Shown here: positions 46,712 through 55,879 of the stretch, piece by piece
Position numbering within the stretch: the stretch's first letter is position 1
Layout of the letters: each line of letters begins with the position of its first letter
Origin: Planctomycetota bacterium
Lineage (GTDB): Bacteria > Planctomycetota > GCA-002687715 > DRQF01
Reading direction: 5' to 3'
Length of the DNA: 55,879 nucleotides
Assembly: GCA_027001995.1 (NCBI GenBank)
Contig: JALTLO010000182.1
Span: 44,168 to 100,046 of the forward strand
Notes under the pieces: generated by a model
The model's database searches: none
What the model saw: the letters and a program-made list of their open reading frames with translations, nothing else
What the model was told of the DNA's origin: nothing
Program-made: the position numbers and the translations under genes

Positions 46712-49700
46712 ACCGGAATTCGACGAAAAGAATCGTTCCTACTTGGCAGGCATCTCCTGCGATTCATAGTCTTAATCGCGATTGGAGTGATCGGCAGAGA
46801 AGTTGCAGCGCAGACATCAACTCCTGCTTCTCCCAATCCCTGGACAATCTCCAAAGTAGCGGAAGTTTCAAACTCGAAGCCCATCGTCGCTGGCGGCAGT
46901 TTCGAGTTACAGCGAGGCGTCTACCTGACGGCTCCCTGGCACGTTTACTTAGATGGACAAACGTGGCAATCATGGGAGTTTGGAGCGTTATGTGGTGTCG
47001 CAAACCGGAATTCAGTTTTCGTAAATCAGGCGGATTTGAGTGGAATTGACGAGGATCACGTTGCCTTCATGGAAGGCGGAGCAGGTTTCCTCAAGAGTAC
47101 GGTGACGTTTTCACCTGCTGCCGGTTCTTGGCGTTTGGTCTATAAGATGGCCAATCGCGTCGACGTCGGGATGGTGGAGAATCTGCCTTTCGTCGAGGTT
47201 CTTTTGAACGGAGCGGTCGTTGGGCTGGAGGCTCCCCGACACACGGATTTCCAACCTTACACAACTCGTCTGATTGATGTTCCGGCTGGTACCTCTGCCA
47301 TTGTGATTGAAATCAAAAAGACCGTGGATCCTGCCACAGGTCAACCAAGTTCTGGTACTGCTCTCATTGACGAAGTTCGCCTCGAGAGGGTTCGAGATTG
47401 GCGGAATCCTCAAAGCTGGATTCCCAACGGGGTTCCCGGGCCAACAGACGTCGTTTACATTCCTGCGGAACGGTCAATTGCGTTCTCTGGCGATTGCAAG
47501 GCCGCTTCCATCAAACTTGAAGGTGAGCTTCTCGCTGCTCCTCGAAATAGTACAATCGTGACCAAATGGATCGCTGTGCTTGGCCTCGCTGCTCATTTTG
47601 AGGTGGGAAGAGAACTTGTTCCATTTCAAAAGGATTTCTTACTCACTCTCCGTGGGGGGCCCTCGGATACGAGCCCCTATGCCAGCGGCACGAAGTTTCT
47701 CATGGCCATGGACGGTGGAACCATAGATTTACATGGTGCGCCCCGTAAGAGCTGGACGATTCTCAAGGAAAAAGTGGACGCAGGGGCTACGTCCTTGACT
47801 GTTAAAGATGCGAGTGGATGGGAAGTTGGCGATTCACTGGTCATCACTGGTTCGACGTTTAACCGACTGTCTGCCGCCAACAATGATCCAGTTTGGACTG
47901 ACTACAATGAAAAAGTAAAGATCAAGTCCATTGCTCAGAATCCTATGGGCGGATTCGACGTCGATATTGAACAAACACCCCCTGCCGGTTTTGCCCTCAA
48001 ATTCCAATATTCTCATTTGGGTGGGGCAGGGGCAATCACTCCATTGCTCGGGTTCACTAATGAACCTTCAGGGGTGCCAACAGAACTGGATCAAAGTGCT
48101 GAGGTCGCCAACTTGACCAGGAATGTGAAGGTTCAGGGTGATGTGGCATCAGCGTCCTACAGTCCAAAGAGATTTGGTGGTCACATCATGCTCATGCATT
48201 GTTCATCTTGTACGACTACTGGGAGCGTTGGACGTTTCTCAAACGTTGAACTGGAGCGCATGGGGCAAGAAGCAGAGATTCGCCGCTATCCCATTCACTT
48301 TCATATGCAAAAAGGCCATGGGGCGGGTCAGTTCGTGAAGAACTGTAGTATTCATGAAACCTACAATCGTATGATTACTATCCATGCCACTGACTCCGTG
48401 GTCGTGGAAGACAATGTCGGTTATCGAAATCAGGGGCATGCTCTGTTCTTAGAAGACGGATCAGAGATGTACAATGTCATCCAACGCAACTTGATCATGT
48501 CGACATTAAGGCCCCTCACTGCAGCGGAGAACCCGACTGGGGTGAACCTCGGTCTCATTCCGAGTGATAACTCCATGATCGACTTTCGCGACCGTTCGCC
48601 GGCAGCTTATTGGATCACGAATCCCCACAATGTTTTTGTCGACAATGTTGCCGCTGGGACGGTTGGCAGTGGATTCTGGATCATTCCACCACGCCTTGTC
48701 TTGGGCCCATCGTTGGCAGAACCCGATTTAGCGAATAGGACAGTGCCGATTGAGCTCCCTTTCATGACTGATGCCAATGGGAAATCTCTGTTCCGTGGTA
48801 ATCGGGCTCATGACTGCCGTCTGGGCTTCGACATCAATGATAGTGTTTCCGATTCGACTTTTTCGGGTCCCCCCTTTGGCGATCCGCCCACTGCCGTGGC
48901 CAATGGTGTTCGCAAGAATATGGCTTGGAACCCTTATCGCCCGGACGCTCCCGGGGGCGATGTCTCCGACCCATCGATTCCTCGATCTCGATCTCAAGAG
49001 ACTGCCCTTGACCTTGTTGCATACGGTTGCTTTGCTGCGGTTTACGGCTCCACGGGAGGCGACCAAGTGATCTATGACCGCATGGTCATCGCTGATTGCA
49101 ATCGCGGTACAGATTTCGCCTGCTACCATACATTGCTGAATTCAGTGGTTGTTGAGAAGGCCGCCTTGTTTTACGCCAACTCCCCTGCAGGAGGACCGAA
49201 TGGCGGCAAGGCGGCGGTTCAACTCTATGATGGTGCCGGGCGCTACGAAAATACGGTGTTTCGTGGGTTTAAAGGAGGATCGAGCACCATGGCTGGGGCT
49301 CGAGGTGGTGCAGTGAATCATCCTAACCATACGTTCACCAATGTCTATTTTCCTGATGCCTTAGGCACTCCACCTCGGCCGATTTTGGCTTGGCCTTCTG
49401 TGACTGCGATTCAGGGCTCTTTTCTAGGGTATAGCAATGTGACTTTGCCTGATCAGGGCGATTTGACCAGCGCCCAGAATCAGCTTGCTCCCAGCAAATG
49501 GGGTGGCCAGTTGTTTGATGAGACAGGGGATATGAGCCAACAAGTAGGGGTTTCTATCGTGCGTAATGTTCCCATTATGGCGACCGCCGACCGGGACGAG
49601 TTTGACTACGTCAACCCTGCACCTTCTATGGTTCAGCCGAACGCGATCGTATCGCCCCATCGCTGGGGGCACTTGCGTCTGGTTTACCCCGAACTCCTGG

Positions 49701-50353
49701 GCACAACCTCGACTCCAATGGATTTCGTCATTCATAGGACGTCTCATTTGCTATGCCAGTATACCGGTGGCGGTTCCGTTTTCTCGCCGGGGACGGATGC
49801 CGTTGGCTTTGCTCATGTCTACAACTCGAGGCAGCACAAGCAGATACCTGTGATCGTCAATACAGAACCTCCAGGTCTGTGCGACGTGCCGATGCCGTCG
49901 TCCACTTCTCAGGGACAACAAATTTTTCCGCCACCGGCGGCGGCTCAGAATTCCTATTATGTTTATACAATTGACCATATCGCTCAGAACTTCTTGACAT
50001 TCTTCAGCAAGTTTGAATTGGTCGTCGATGATGTCCTCCTGGGTGACGTTGCGCATTTCCGGTTGGCGGATCTCGATGGCAAACCTTTGTCGTCTATTGA
50101 AGCCAGGTTCTTGAAGAGCGGAGCAGTTCTTGGGGAATACACCGACTTCACCCAATTCATGGCGGCGACGGAGCCGGCGCTCTACCGCGACGCGACCAAT
50201 GGAGAAATCCATTTGCGCGTCCCGGTTCGCACGGGTGCGAATGGCTCTACCCCGGCAGGTAGACGCAATTATTCGACGCACTATGGGGTAGAAGGTTTGA
50301 ACCTACCAAGTTCTCGTTGGCGCAATGAGACGATTACCATCTCCTGGATTTAA
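46691..50353 (+). CDS. Large secreted G8-domain / parallel beta-helix protein (CEMIP/TMEM2/fibrocystin-like)
   Basis: WRNPQSW..GVP, GGTIDLHG, AEVANLTRNVKVQG, FGGHIM, VELERMGQ, RYPIHFH, GHALFLEDGSE and AYWITNPHN motifs. The start is probably one of the tandem ATGs at 46691-46709. Confidence 0.82.
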   Translation: MKMKMKMTGIRRKESFLLGRHLLRFIVLIAIGVIGREVAAQTSTPASPNPWTISKVAEVSNSKPIVAGGSFELQRGVYLTAPWHVYLDGQTWQSWEFGALCGVANRNSVFVNQADLSGIDEDHVAFMEGGAGFLKSTVTFSPAAGSWRLVYKMANRVDVGMVENLPFVEVLLNGAVVGLEAPRHTDFQPYTTRLIDVPAGTSAIVIEIKKTVDPATGQPSSGTALIDEVRLERVRDWRNPQSWIPNGVPGPTDVVYIPAERSIAFSGDCKAASIKLEGELLAAPRNSTIVTKWIAVLGLAAHFEVGRELVPFQKDFLLTLRGGPSDTSPYASGTKFLMAMDGGTIDLHGAPRKSWTILKEKVDAGATSLTVKDASGWEVGDSLVITGSTFNRLSAANNDPVWTDYNEKVKIKSIAQNPMGGFDVDIEQTPPAGFALKFQYSHLGGAGAITPLLGFTNEPSGVPTELDQSAEVANLTRNVKVQGDVASASYSPKRFGGHIMLMHCSSCTTTGSVGRFSNVELERMGQEAEIRRYPIHFHMQKGHGAGQFVKNCSIHETYNRMITIHATDSVVVEDNVGYRNQGHALFLEDGSEMYNVIQRNLIMSTLRPLTAAENPTGVNLGLIPSDNSMIDFRDRSPAAYWITNPHNVFVDNVAAGTVGSGFWIIPPRLVLGPSLAEPDLANRTVPIELPFMTDANGKSLFRGNRAHDCRLGFDINDSVSDSTFSGPPFGDPPTAVANGVRKNMAWNPYRPDAPGGDVSDPSIPRSRSQETALDLVAYGCFAAVYGSTGGDQVIYDRMVIADCNRGTDFACYHTLLNSVVVEKAALFYANSPAGGPNGGKAAVQLYDGAGRYENTVFRGFKGGSSTMAGARGGAVNHPNHTFTNVYFPDALGTPPRPILAWPSVTAIQGSFLGYSNVTLPDQGDLTSAQNQLAPSKWGGQLFDETGDMSQQVGVSIVRNVPIMATADRDEFDYVNPAPSMVQPNAIVSPHRWGHLRLVYPELLGTTSTPMDFVIHRTSHLLCQYTGGGSVFSPGTDAVGFAHVYNSRQHKQIPVIVNTEPPGLCDVPMPSSTSQGQQIFPPPAAAQNSYYVYTIDHIAQNFLTFFSKFELVVDDVLLGDVAHFRLADLDGKPLSSIEARFLKSGAVLGEYTDFTQFMAATEPALYRDATNGEIHLRVPVRTGANGSTPAGRRNYSTHYGVEGLNLPSSRWRNETITISWI

Positions 50354-50860
50354 TCGTTTTTTGTCGGCTCAAATTCATCCACGGTCAGAGGTGATCGTGG
50401 ATGAACTTGGCCTCAATCTTCTTGGCTTTCTTATGTTGAAGCAGAGGAGGCTCCATCAGCTCGATCAGGTCTGTAATTTCGCGAGACATGAGACACGGAT
50501 CTCAAGACGGCATAGTTTCTGATGGTGCCAAGTTCACCTTCAGCAAGTTACTCAAACGTTCTCGTCGTTGAGACATAAATCGGACTGATAGCAATTCATC
50601 ACGGCGTACTTTTCTTTCAAACCCAACTACGAACTGAAGACAATTCTTCGTCTTCTCGAGAACTTCATCCCAGCCATTTTGTGCCTGATGTCTTTGGTTC
50701 CAAGAGGGTTGTCGACTATCTCGGCCTCGATATTTTGAATTTTTATGCAAGACCGTGGTGAGGTTTCTGTATAACGATCAAGTTGTTTCGGCCCAGGTGC
50801 GCGGCAGCTGTACTTCCAAGTCGCGCGGGATTTGCCTCAGAGAAAATTGGAGAGTTTGCC

Positions 50861-52858
50861 ATGAAGATGAAAATCATCTTGTTCGTGTCCCTGTTCGTCT
50901 GCGCAAATGTCGGCATGGCACAGCAGTTCTTCATTCAAGAAGATTTTTCTACCGCGACTTCCTTGACATCTCCCAATTGGAGTTCGGTTCTCTTATCCGG
51001 CAACGACAATGGTGGTATTGGGGCATGGCGATTTGACAATCTTGGGAATCGAGCGATCTCCCTACCTTTTGTTCCTCCATTTGCTATGAGCGATGCAGAT
51101 CTCGCAGGTCCAGGATTCATGTCCGTCTCAGCTCTTGTCTCTCGGCCATTTGATTTTTCTGCATCGAGTAGTGTCATCTTAGATTTTGACTACATGTTTC
51201 GACAGCTAGGAGCGTCGACTGCGACCGTTGAGGTCTTTGATGGCACAACTTGGAATATCGTTTCTTCTTTGGCCCAAAATGACGTTGGTTTGGGAACAAA
51301 TAGTCATGAGAGTTTCGACCTCACTGCATTGGCAGGTGGAGCTGCCAATGGCGAAATTCGTTTCGTTCATTCTGCCAGTTGGGATTGGTGGTACGCAGTT
51401 GACAATATCATTCTTTCTGACCAGGCGACAATTTGTGACTTATCGATCGAAATTATTTCACCAGTGACTGATGACCTGGGATGCAAGCCTCGTTTCGCCA
51501 ACGATCCCTCTTTCACCTTGAAGGTCACCAATACTGGATTCTGTGCTTACGCCAGCGGTACCGTGCTGACGTTTGATATTAAGGTCGGCGATCCTCCTAT
51601 GCCGCAATGCAGCGAAAGTCTTACATTGATGACGGCGCTCAATCCGAATGGCTCAGTCACCTACACAACCAACTGTAAACTCACCATTCCGCCGAACTCG
51701 GCGACGACGATCACTGCATGCATTACTACACCCGCACCAGACAATGACCCCACCAATGATAGCCACAGAATCGTATACGAAAATCCCCCTTTTCCCCCCA
51801 AGCCGTTTGGCTATGTGGAGAATTTTGATGGTCTGGGGACGAACGCTGGTAGTTTCACTATGATTGTCTTTGATGTCCCACCTGGCTGGGAGAATGCTTT
51901 AGATGATGGGGCCAGCTTGGCGATGAACATGGCGCCCAATTGGGGCCCAAACAATGGCACGACTGGTTCAAACCAGGGGCCACCCGCCGATCACACAACG
52001 GGAACTTCCGCCGGCAGATATATGTATATTGAAGACAGCCCTAGCCAAGTTGGCGACATTGAGCTGCGCGGTCCTTGTCTCGACTTGAATGGCGCAACAG
52101 GCACTCCGACCGTGCAGTTCTATCACTTTAGTCATGCTACCGCTGGGTCTTCTAACGACAACATCTTGGAGATCGATATTCTCAACGAGACTACCGGGGG
52201 AGTCTTGACCCAGAGTGTGGCCTCGTTGCCTGGCTATGGAGATAATCAATGGCACCAGGTACAGATCGACCTATCTGCTTTTGCTCCCGATATCGTTCGG
52301 GTCCATTTTCGGACGAACAATCAGAATGGCAACTTCACCGATGATGTCGCTATTGATGATTTCTTATTCTTCGACGCTATCGCAGCTATTGGCCAGGCTC
52401 CACAGCCTGGAAACGCCGTGTTCGACATCAACAACGCAGTTAACAACCTTGGACAAAACGTCGCTTCCGGCGCCAACGGTCCTTTCGCTGCTAACATCAC
52501 TGCTGGTGGCAACATGAACATGACATGGTCTGGTCAAAATAATGCTCTGATGCTGTGCCTTTTCGGCCCAGGCAACGATAACATTGCCAACTTCGGTCCT
52601 GCGATTGGTCAACTTGACATTGGTACATTGCCCTTGGTCGGTGGAATCCCAAGCTTGCTCTTCGTCTTTGGCGACGGCAACTTAGCATTGACCTCTTTGT
52701 TTCATGCCTTCTTCTTCACCGGCCCCGCTGGTACAGGCGGCATCAACTTTCAGGTCTCACCAGCGTTCGCGCCAGGTCCGCTCACACGCTTCCAGTGTGT
52801 GATGAATCCTGCAGGGCAGTTCTTCATTTCGAATGCTGTGGACGTCGCAGTTCTTTAG
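50861..52858 (+). CDS. Secreted multidomain protein: jelly-roll/adhesin-like domain, Ig-like domain, MAM domain and C-terminal domain
   Basis: Start moved to ATG 50861 (GGAGAG RBS, signal peptide ending GMA-QQ). MAM hallmarks DHTTG..GRYMYIE, QFYHF, GDNQW and DVAIDD. Confidence 0.78.
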   Translation: MKMKIILFVSLFVCANVGMAQQFFIQEDFSTATSLTSPNWSSVLLSGNDNGGIGAWRFDNLGNRAISLPFVPPFAMSDADLAGPGFMSVSALVSRPFDFSASSSVILDFDYMFRQLGASTATVEVFDGTTWNIVSSLAQNDVGLGTNSHESFDLTALAGGAANGEIRFVHSASWDWWYAVDNIILSDQATICDLSIEIISPVTDDLGCKPRFANDPSFTLKVTNTGFCAYASGTVLTFDIKVGDPPMPQCSESLTLMTALNPNGSVTYTTNCKLTIPPNSATTITACITTPAPDNDPTNDSHRIVYENPPFPPKPFGYVENFDGLGTNAGSFTMIVFDVPPGWENALDDGASLAMNMAPNWGPNNGTTGSNQGPPADHTTGTSAGRYMYIEDSPSQVGDIELRGPCLDLNGATGTPTVQFYHFSHATAGSSNDNILEIDILNETTGGVLTQSVASLPGYGDNQWHQVQIDLSAFAPDIVRVHFRTNNQNGNFTDDVAIDDFLFFDAIAAIGQAPQPGNAVFDINNAVNNLGQNVASGANGPFAANITAGGNMNMTWSGQNNALMLCLFGPGNDNIANFGPAIGQLDIGTLPLVGGIPSLLFVFGDGNLALTSLFHAFFFTGPAGTGGINFQVSPAFAPGPLTRFQCVMNPAGQFFISNAVDVAVL

Positions 52859-52934
52859 TTGACCCATGCAACATTGAAGTTCGCATAACCTTTGCGACTA
52901 CGGGGCGAGCGATAGAGACGACGGCGGGCGAGCT

Positions 52935-55484
52935 ATGACTGAAGAGAGCAAAGCCGATTCTGCGGATTCCAAAAAAGACATTGGGCAGGACGAAACGATT
53001 CAATGTGCCCAGCAGCCTCAAGATGCTGGTGTCCAAGGGCGGAGAATCGGTCGCTATCGTTTGCTGGAAGAACTCGGGCACGGTGGTCAAGGATTTGTCT
53101 ATCTTGCCGAAGACGAAAAACTTCATCGCAAGGTGGCGCTGAAGGTGCTACTGGCAAGTGCTGGGCATTCATCAACCGCACGGGCGCGCTTTGAACGCGA
53201 GGCCGAGGCAGCCAGCAAGCTTAATCATGTTGGCATCGCCAGCGTGTTTGAAGTTGGAGAACATGAGGGAGCAGCGTTCATTGTTTTTGAGCATGTCCAA
53301 GGCGACACGTTGGCCCAATATATCGAGGATACGAGTGAGCTAGCCAAGACAGATCACAGTCTATCGTCGGTACGTTTTGATCGGTCTATCCATCAGTTGT
53401 CGTCGTTGCCCGAAGCAGAGCAAGAGAGTATTTCTTCCGGCCCTATAGAAGTGAGTGCCAGTCATGACGCTATCTTGGCCGCCGTTCGCTACATCGAAAC
53501 CGCTGCTATGGCGCTTCATGTTGCCCATGAAGAAGGGTTAGTTCATCGTGACGTGAAACCCAGTAACTTGATGGTGAGAGAGGATGGTACTGCCTGTGTA
53601 CTTGATTTTGGTTTGGCAAAAGATGCTTCCAAAGACGACTTGACTCTCACTCGTTCAGGCGACCTCATGGGCACGCCAGCCTATATGTCGCCGGAGCAGC
53701 TTCTGGCTCATCGACTAAAACTCGATCGTCGGACGGATATCTTCTCTCTTGGGGTCAGCCTGTTTGAAGCATGTACCTTAGAACGTCCATTCACGGGAGC
53801 GGACCGCCAAGAACTCTATCACGCCATTTCTCAAAAAGAGCCGCCATCGCCTCGAAGTATCAACCCAAAAGTGCCTAAAGATCTGGCGGCGATTATCTTG
53901 ACAGCCATCGACAAAGATCGAGATCGCCGTTATCAAACTGCCGAATATTTTGCCTTAGACCTACAGCGTTTCCGAGAGCACCGTCCGGTTCACGCCCGGC
54001 CAGCGGGGCCATGGTTGAAGTTGAAGCGTTGGGCTCGACGAAACAGAACCAGCGCCCTCGCGGCTACTGTTGTCCTTATTGCTGTGGTCAGTGCTTTGGT
54101 CGTGACGAGTATGAAATCAAGTGAGATCCATGATTCGGAGTTGCTTGTTAAATCGGAGTCAGCGAAGAAGGCATTGGTCCTGCAGACGATCGATTTGGCT
54201 CGTGATCGCGGACGGCTCGAGGGGGCATTGAAGCAGGCCGCCCAGTTGTTCCCACCTTCTCATCAGCTTATTGGCTCCTTGGAAAAATGGATGGAGAAAT
54301 TCACCTCTCTCAGGGCGAGAATTCCTTTGCACCGTGAGGCTTTGAAACACCTTTCGGGTGAAGAGCCATCGACGATTGAAGCGGCCGAGAACCTCCTTGT
54401 AGATTTGGAGTTCTTCTGCGCCGACGATATGGGCGGTCTTGCTGTTCTCGAAAGACGACTTGCTCTTGCGCGGGTGATCCAAGAGGAGACCTTAGGAAAG
54501 GATTTCAAGGCGTGGGCTGCTTGTGTGCAACGGGTGAACAATAGTGCCCTTTATTCCGGCTTTGACTTGAAACCCATAGAAGGATTGCGTCCTTTGGGGC
54601 CAAATCCGAAGACCGGCTTGGAAGAATTTCTGCACTGGTTGTCTCATGACCCGCGTGCTGGGCTTCCGAAGCGCGATGGGATACGAGGAGACTTTGAAGT
54701 TGGTCGACAGACTGGCGTGATTTTCGTCTTGTTAGACGGCGGTAATGTCATGACTGGCGCCCAAAAAATGGACGAGAATGGAGCGGGTTATGATCCATAT
54801 TGGGACAAGAATGACCTCTATCCGAAGAAACACGTTGTGGAACCTTTCTTTTTCTCAAAGTACGAGTTCACGGAAGCACAGTTTGAACGAGCCCGCCGCT
54901 TGGTTGTTGGTTCGAGAGGTTCTCGGGACCAAGATGGGGTGACAGGAAAGGGCAACTTGCCAATCGTGTTTGTTTCCTTTCCACGAGCAGTCGAGGTCTT
55001 GGAGAACATTGGCTTGAGGCTTCCGGATTCCAAGGAATGGAACTGCGGTGCCCGCTCCGGGCGGCAGTCGATTTGGGCTGCAACAAATGATCCTTCGACC
55101 TTGCCTCTTTTTGAGAATCTAGCAGGCGTCAGTGAAGTCCCAATGAGTTCCTCCAATCTGGTGCAGCGTGTAGATCATTTTCAAACTCGTGCTCCGGTTG
55201 GCTCCCTCGCTCCAAATCCGAAGGGATGCTACGATCTTTCGGGGAATGTCTCCGAATGGAATACTGACCACTTTATTTCCCCAAAGACGGGTGTAGCCAA
55301 GGATGCTGCCGACAGTGGTAGGGTAGCAAGTAACGTGGTGACCCATAGCGGGGGATCATGGGCGACACAACCTTTGGACGCGCGTTTGGCCAAGAGCGGT
55401 AAGGCCATCGTGAATCGCAAGGATGACCGCTTGGGATTTCGAGCCGCTCTTAGCTTGTTGCCTGAATTGGTTTCAGGGAAATGA
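52935..55484 (+). CDS. Hanks-type Ser/Thr protein kinase with one TM helix and C-terminal FGE/SUMF1-like domain
   Basis: LGHGGQGFVY, VALK, HRDVKPSN, DFG and GTPAYMSPEQ kinase motifs. FFFSKYEFT, APVGS..PN..YDLSGNVSEW, GGSW and GFR motifs of the FGE fold. Confidence 0.92.
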   Translation: MTEESKADSADSKKDIGQDETIQCAQQPQDAGVQGRRIGRYRLLEELGHGGQGFVYLAEDEKLHRKVALKVLLASAGHSSTARARFEREAEAASKLNHVGIASVFEVGEHEGAAFIVFEHVQGDTLAQYIEDTSELAKTDHSLSSVRFDRSIHQLSSLPEAEQESISSGPIEVSASHDAILAAVRYIETAAMALHVAHEEGLVHRDVKPSNLMVREDGTACVLDFGLAKDASKDDLTLTRSGDLMGTPAYMSPEQLLAHRLKLDRRTDIFSLGVSLFEACTLERPFTGADRQELYHAISQKEPPSPRSINPKVPKDLAAIILTAIDKDRDRRYQTAEYFALDLQRFREHRPVHARPAGPWLKLKRWARRNRTSALAATVVLIAVVSALVVTSMKSSEIHDSELLVKSESAKKALVLQTIDLARDRGRLEGALKQAAQLFPPSHQLIGSLEKWMEKFTSLRARIPLHREALKHLSGEEPSTIEAAENLLVDLEFFCADDMGGLAVLERRLALARVIQEETLGKDFKAWAACVQRVNNSALYSGFDLKPIEGLRPLGPNPKTGLEEFLHWLSHDPRAGLPKRDGIRGDFEVGRQTGVIFVLLDGGNVMTGAQKMDENGAGYDPYWDKNDLYPKKHVVEPFFFSKYEFTEAQFERARRLVVGSRGSRDQDGVTGKGNLPIVFVSFPRAVEVLENIGLRLPDSKEWNCGARSGRQSIWAATNDPSTLPLFENLAGVSEVPMSSSNLVQRVDHFQTRAPVGSLAPNPKGCYDLSGNVSEWNTDHFISPKTGVAKDAADSGRVASNVVTHSGGSWATQPLDARLAKSGKAIVNRKDDRLGFRAALSLLPELVSGK

Positions 55485-55567
55485 GCCGCAGATTCGAGCT
55501 AATCTTCCAGGCTCAGCGAGGAAGAGCGCCATGCTACTTCCTCTCTCACCAACTTGGTCACCGGCTC

Positions 55568-55879
55568 CTAAAGGTCCGTTTCTTTGCCGCTCTCTCCCGC
55601 ATCCCGGAGTTCATAGGTGCAACGGCGGTCACCGTTCACCTTGTGTTCTCGTCTCTTGACTTGGACGGATTCTCCGAGAATGGCGCTGAAGACTTTTGAC
55701 TCGCCTTCGCAGATATCCTCGCAATTGCACGCTGCCGACTCGATGGGACAGTGGTTCTCGATCAGTTCAAAACCGCCCCCTTCCAGCTCTCGGTATTCCG
55801 CTAAGTAGCCCTGGTTTTGTCGAAGCTCAACCAAAGAGCGTACTTTTTCATCAAAAGACTTATCTTCTAAGTCTAATAA
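55568..55879 (-). CDS. ArsR/SufR-like HTH transcriptional regulator, C-terminal part (5' end outside the window)
   Basis: The frame is open to the window edge (LLDLEDKSFDEKVRSLVELR...). GYLAE, LIENHCPI..AA..C..IC..E and GDRRCTYE form the Cys pattern typical of this family. Confidence 0.75.
   Translation of the reverse strand, partial: LLDLEDKSFDEKVRSLVELRQNQGYLAEYRELEGGGFELIENHCPIESAACNCEDICEGESKVFSAILGESVQVKRREHKVNGDRRCTYELRDAGESGKETDL

Noticed and set aside
1..55879. tRNA/rRNA, CRISPR array, IS/integrase, prophage or defence genes
   Set aside because: I saw no cloverleaf, regularly spaced repeats, or transposase, integrase or phage motifs by eye. A covariance-model scan was not possible.

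Overview
Gene-dense bacterial chromosomal segment, most likely from a Planctomycetota-type genome. This is inferred from the Ser/Thr kinase-FGE fusion, the membrane-anchored sulfatase-like protein and the large secreted multidomain proteins; no marker gene was checked. The core part holds transketolase, an RNB-family exoribonuclease, a three-gene xanthine dehydrogenase-family operon and a complete complex I operon (nuoA, B, fused CD, E-N). That operon has its own candidate sigma70 promoter, a trailing DUF4149-like gene and a clear terminator. The accessory parts encode secreted hydrolases (esterase, M14 and S9B peptidases), envelope-modifying membrane enzymes, a ZIP/ArsP-like fused metal permease, a Gly/Tyr/Asn-rich secreted protein coupled to a vWA protein, a G8/CEMIP-like giant protein and a MAM-domain protein. 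I saw no tRNA, rRNA, CRISPR array or mobile element. The best candidate for something undescribed is a shared C-terminal motif (..Q..PA..F..SNA + terminal beta-strand) on two otherwise unrelated secreted proteins about 40 kb apart, possibly a sorting or anchoring domain. Next come the ZIP-ArsP fusion and the complex I oddities (extra helices in NuoH, operon-terminal DUF4149). All family assignments come from motif recognition by eye, not database searches.
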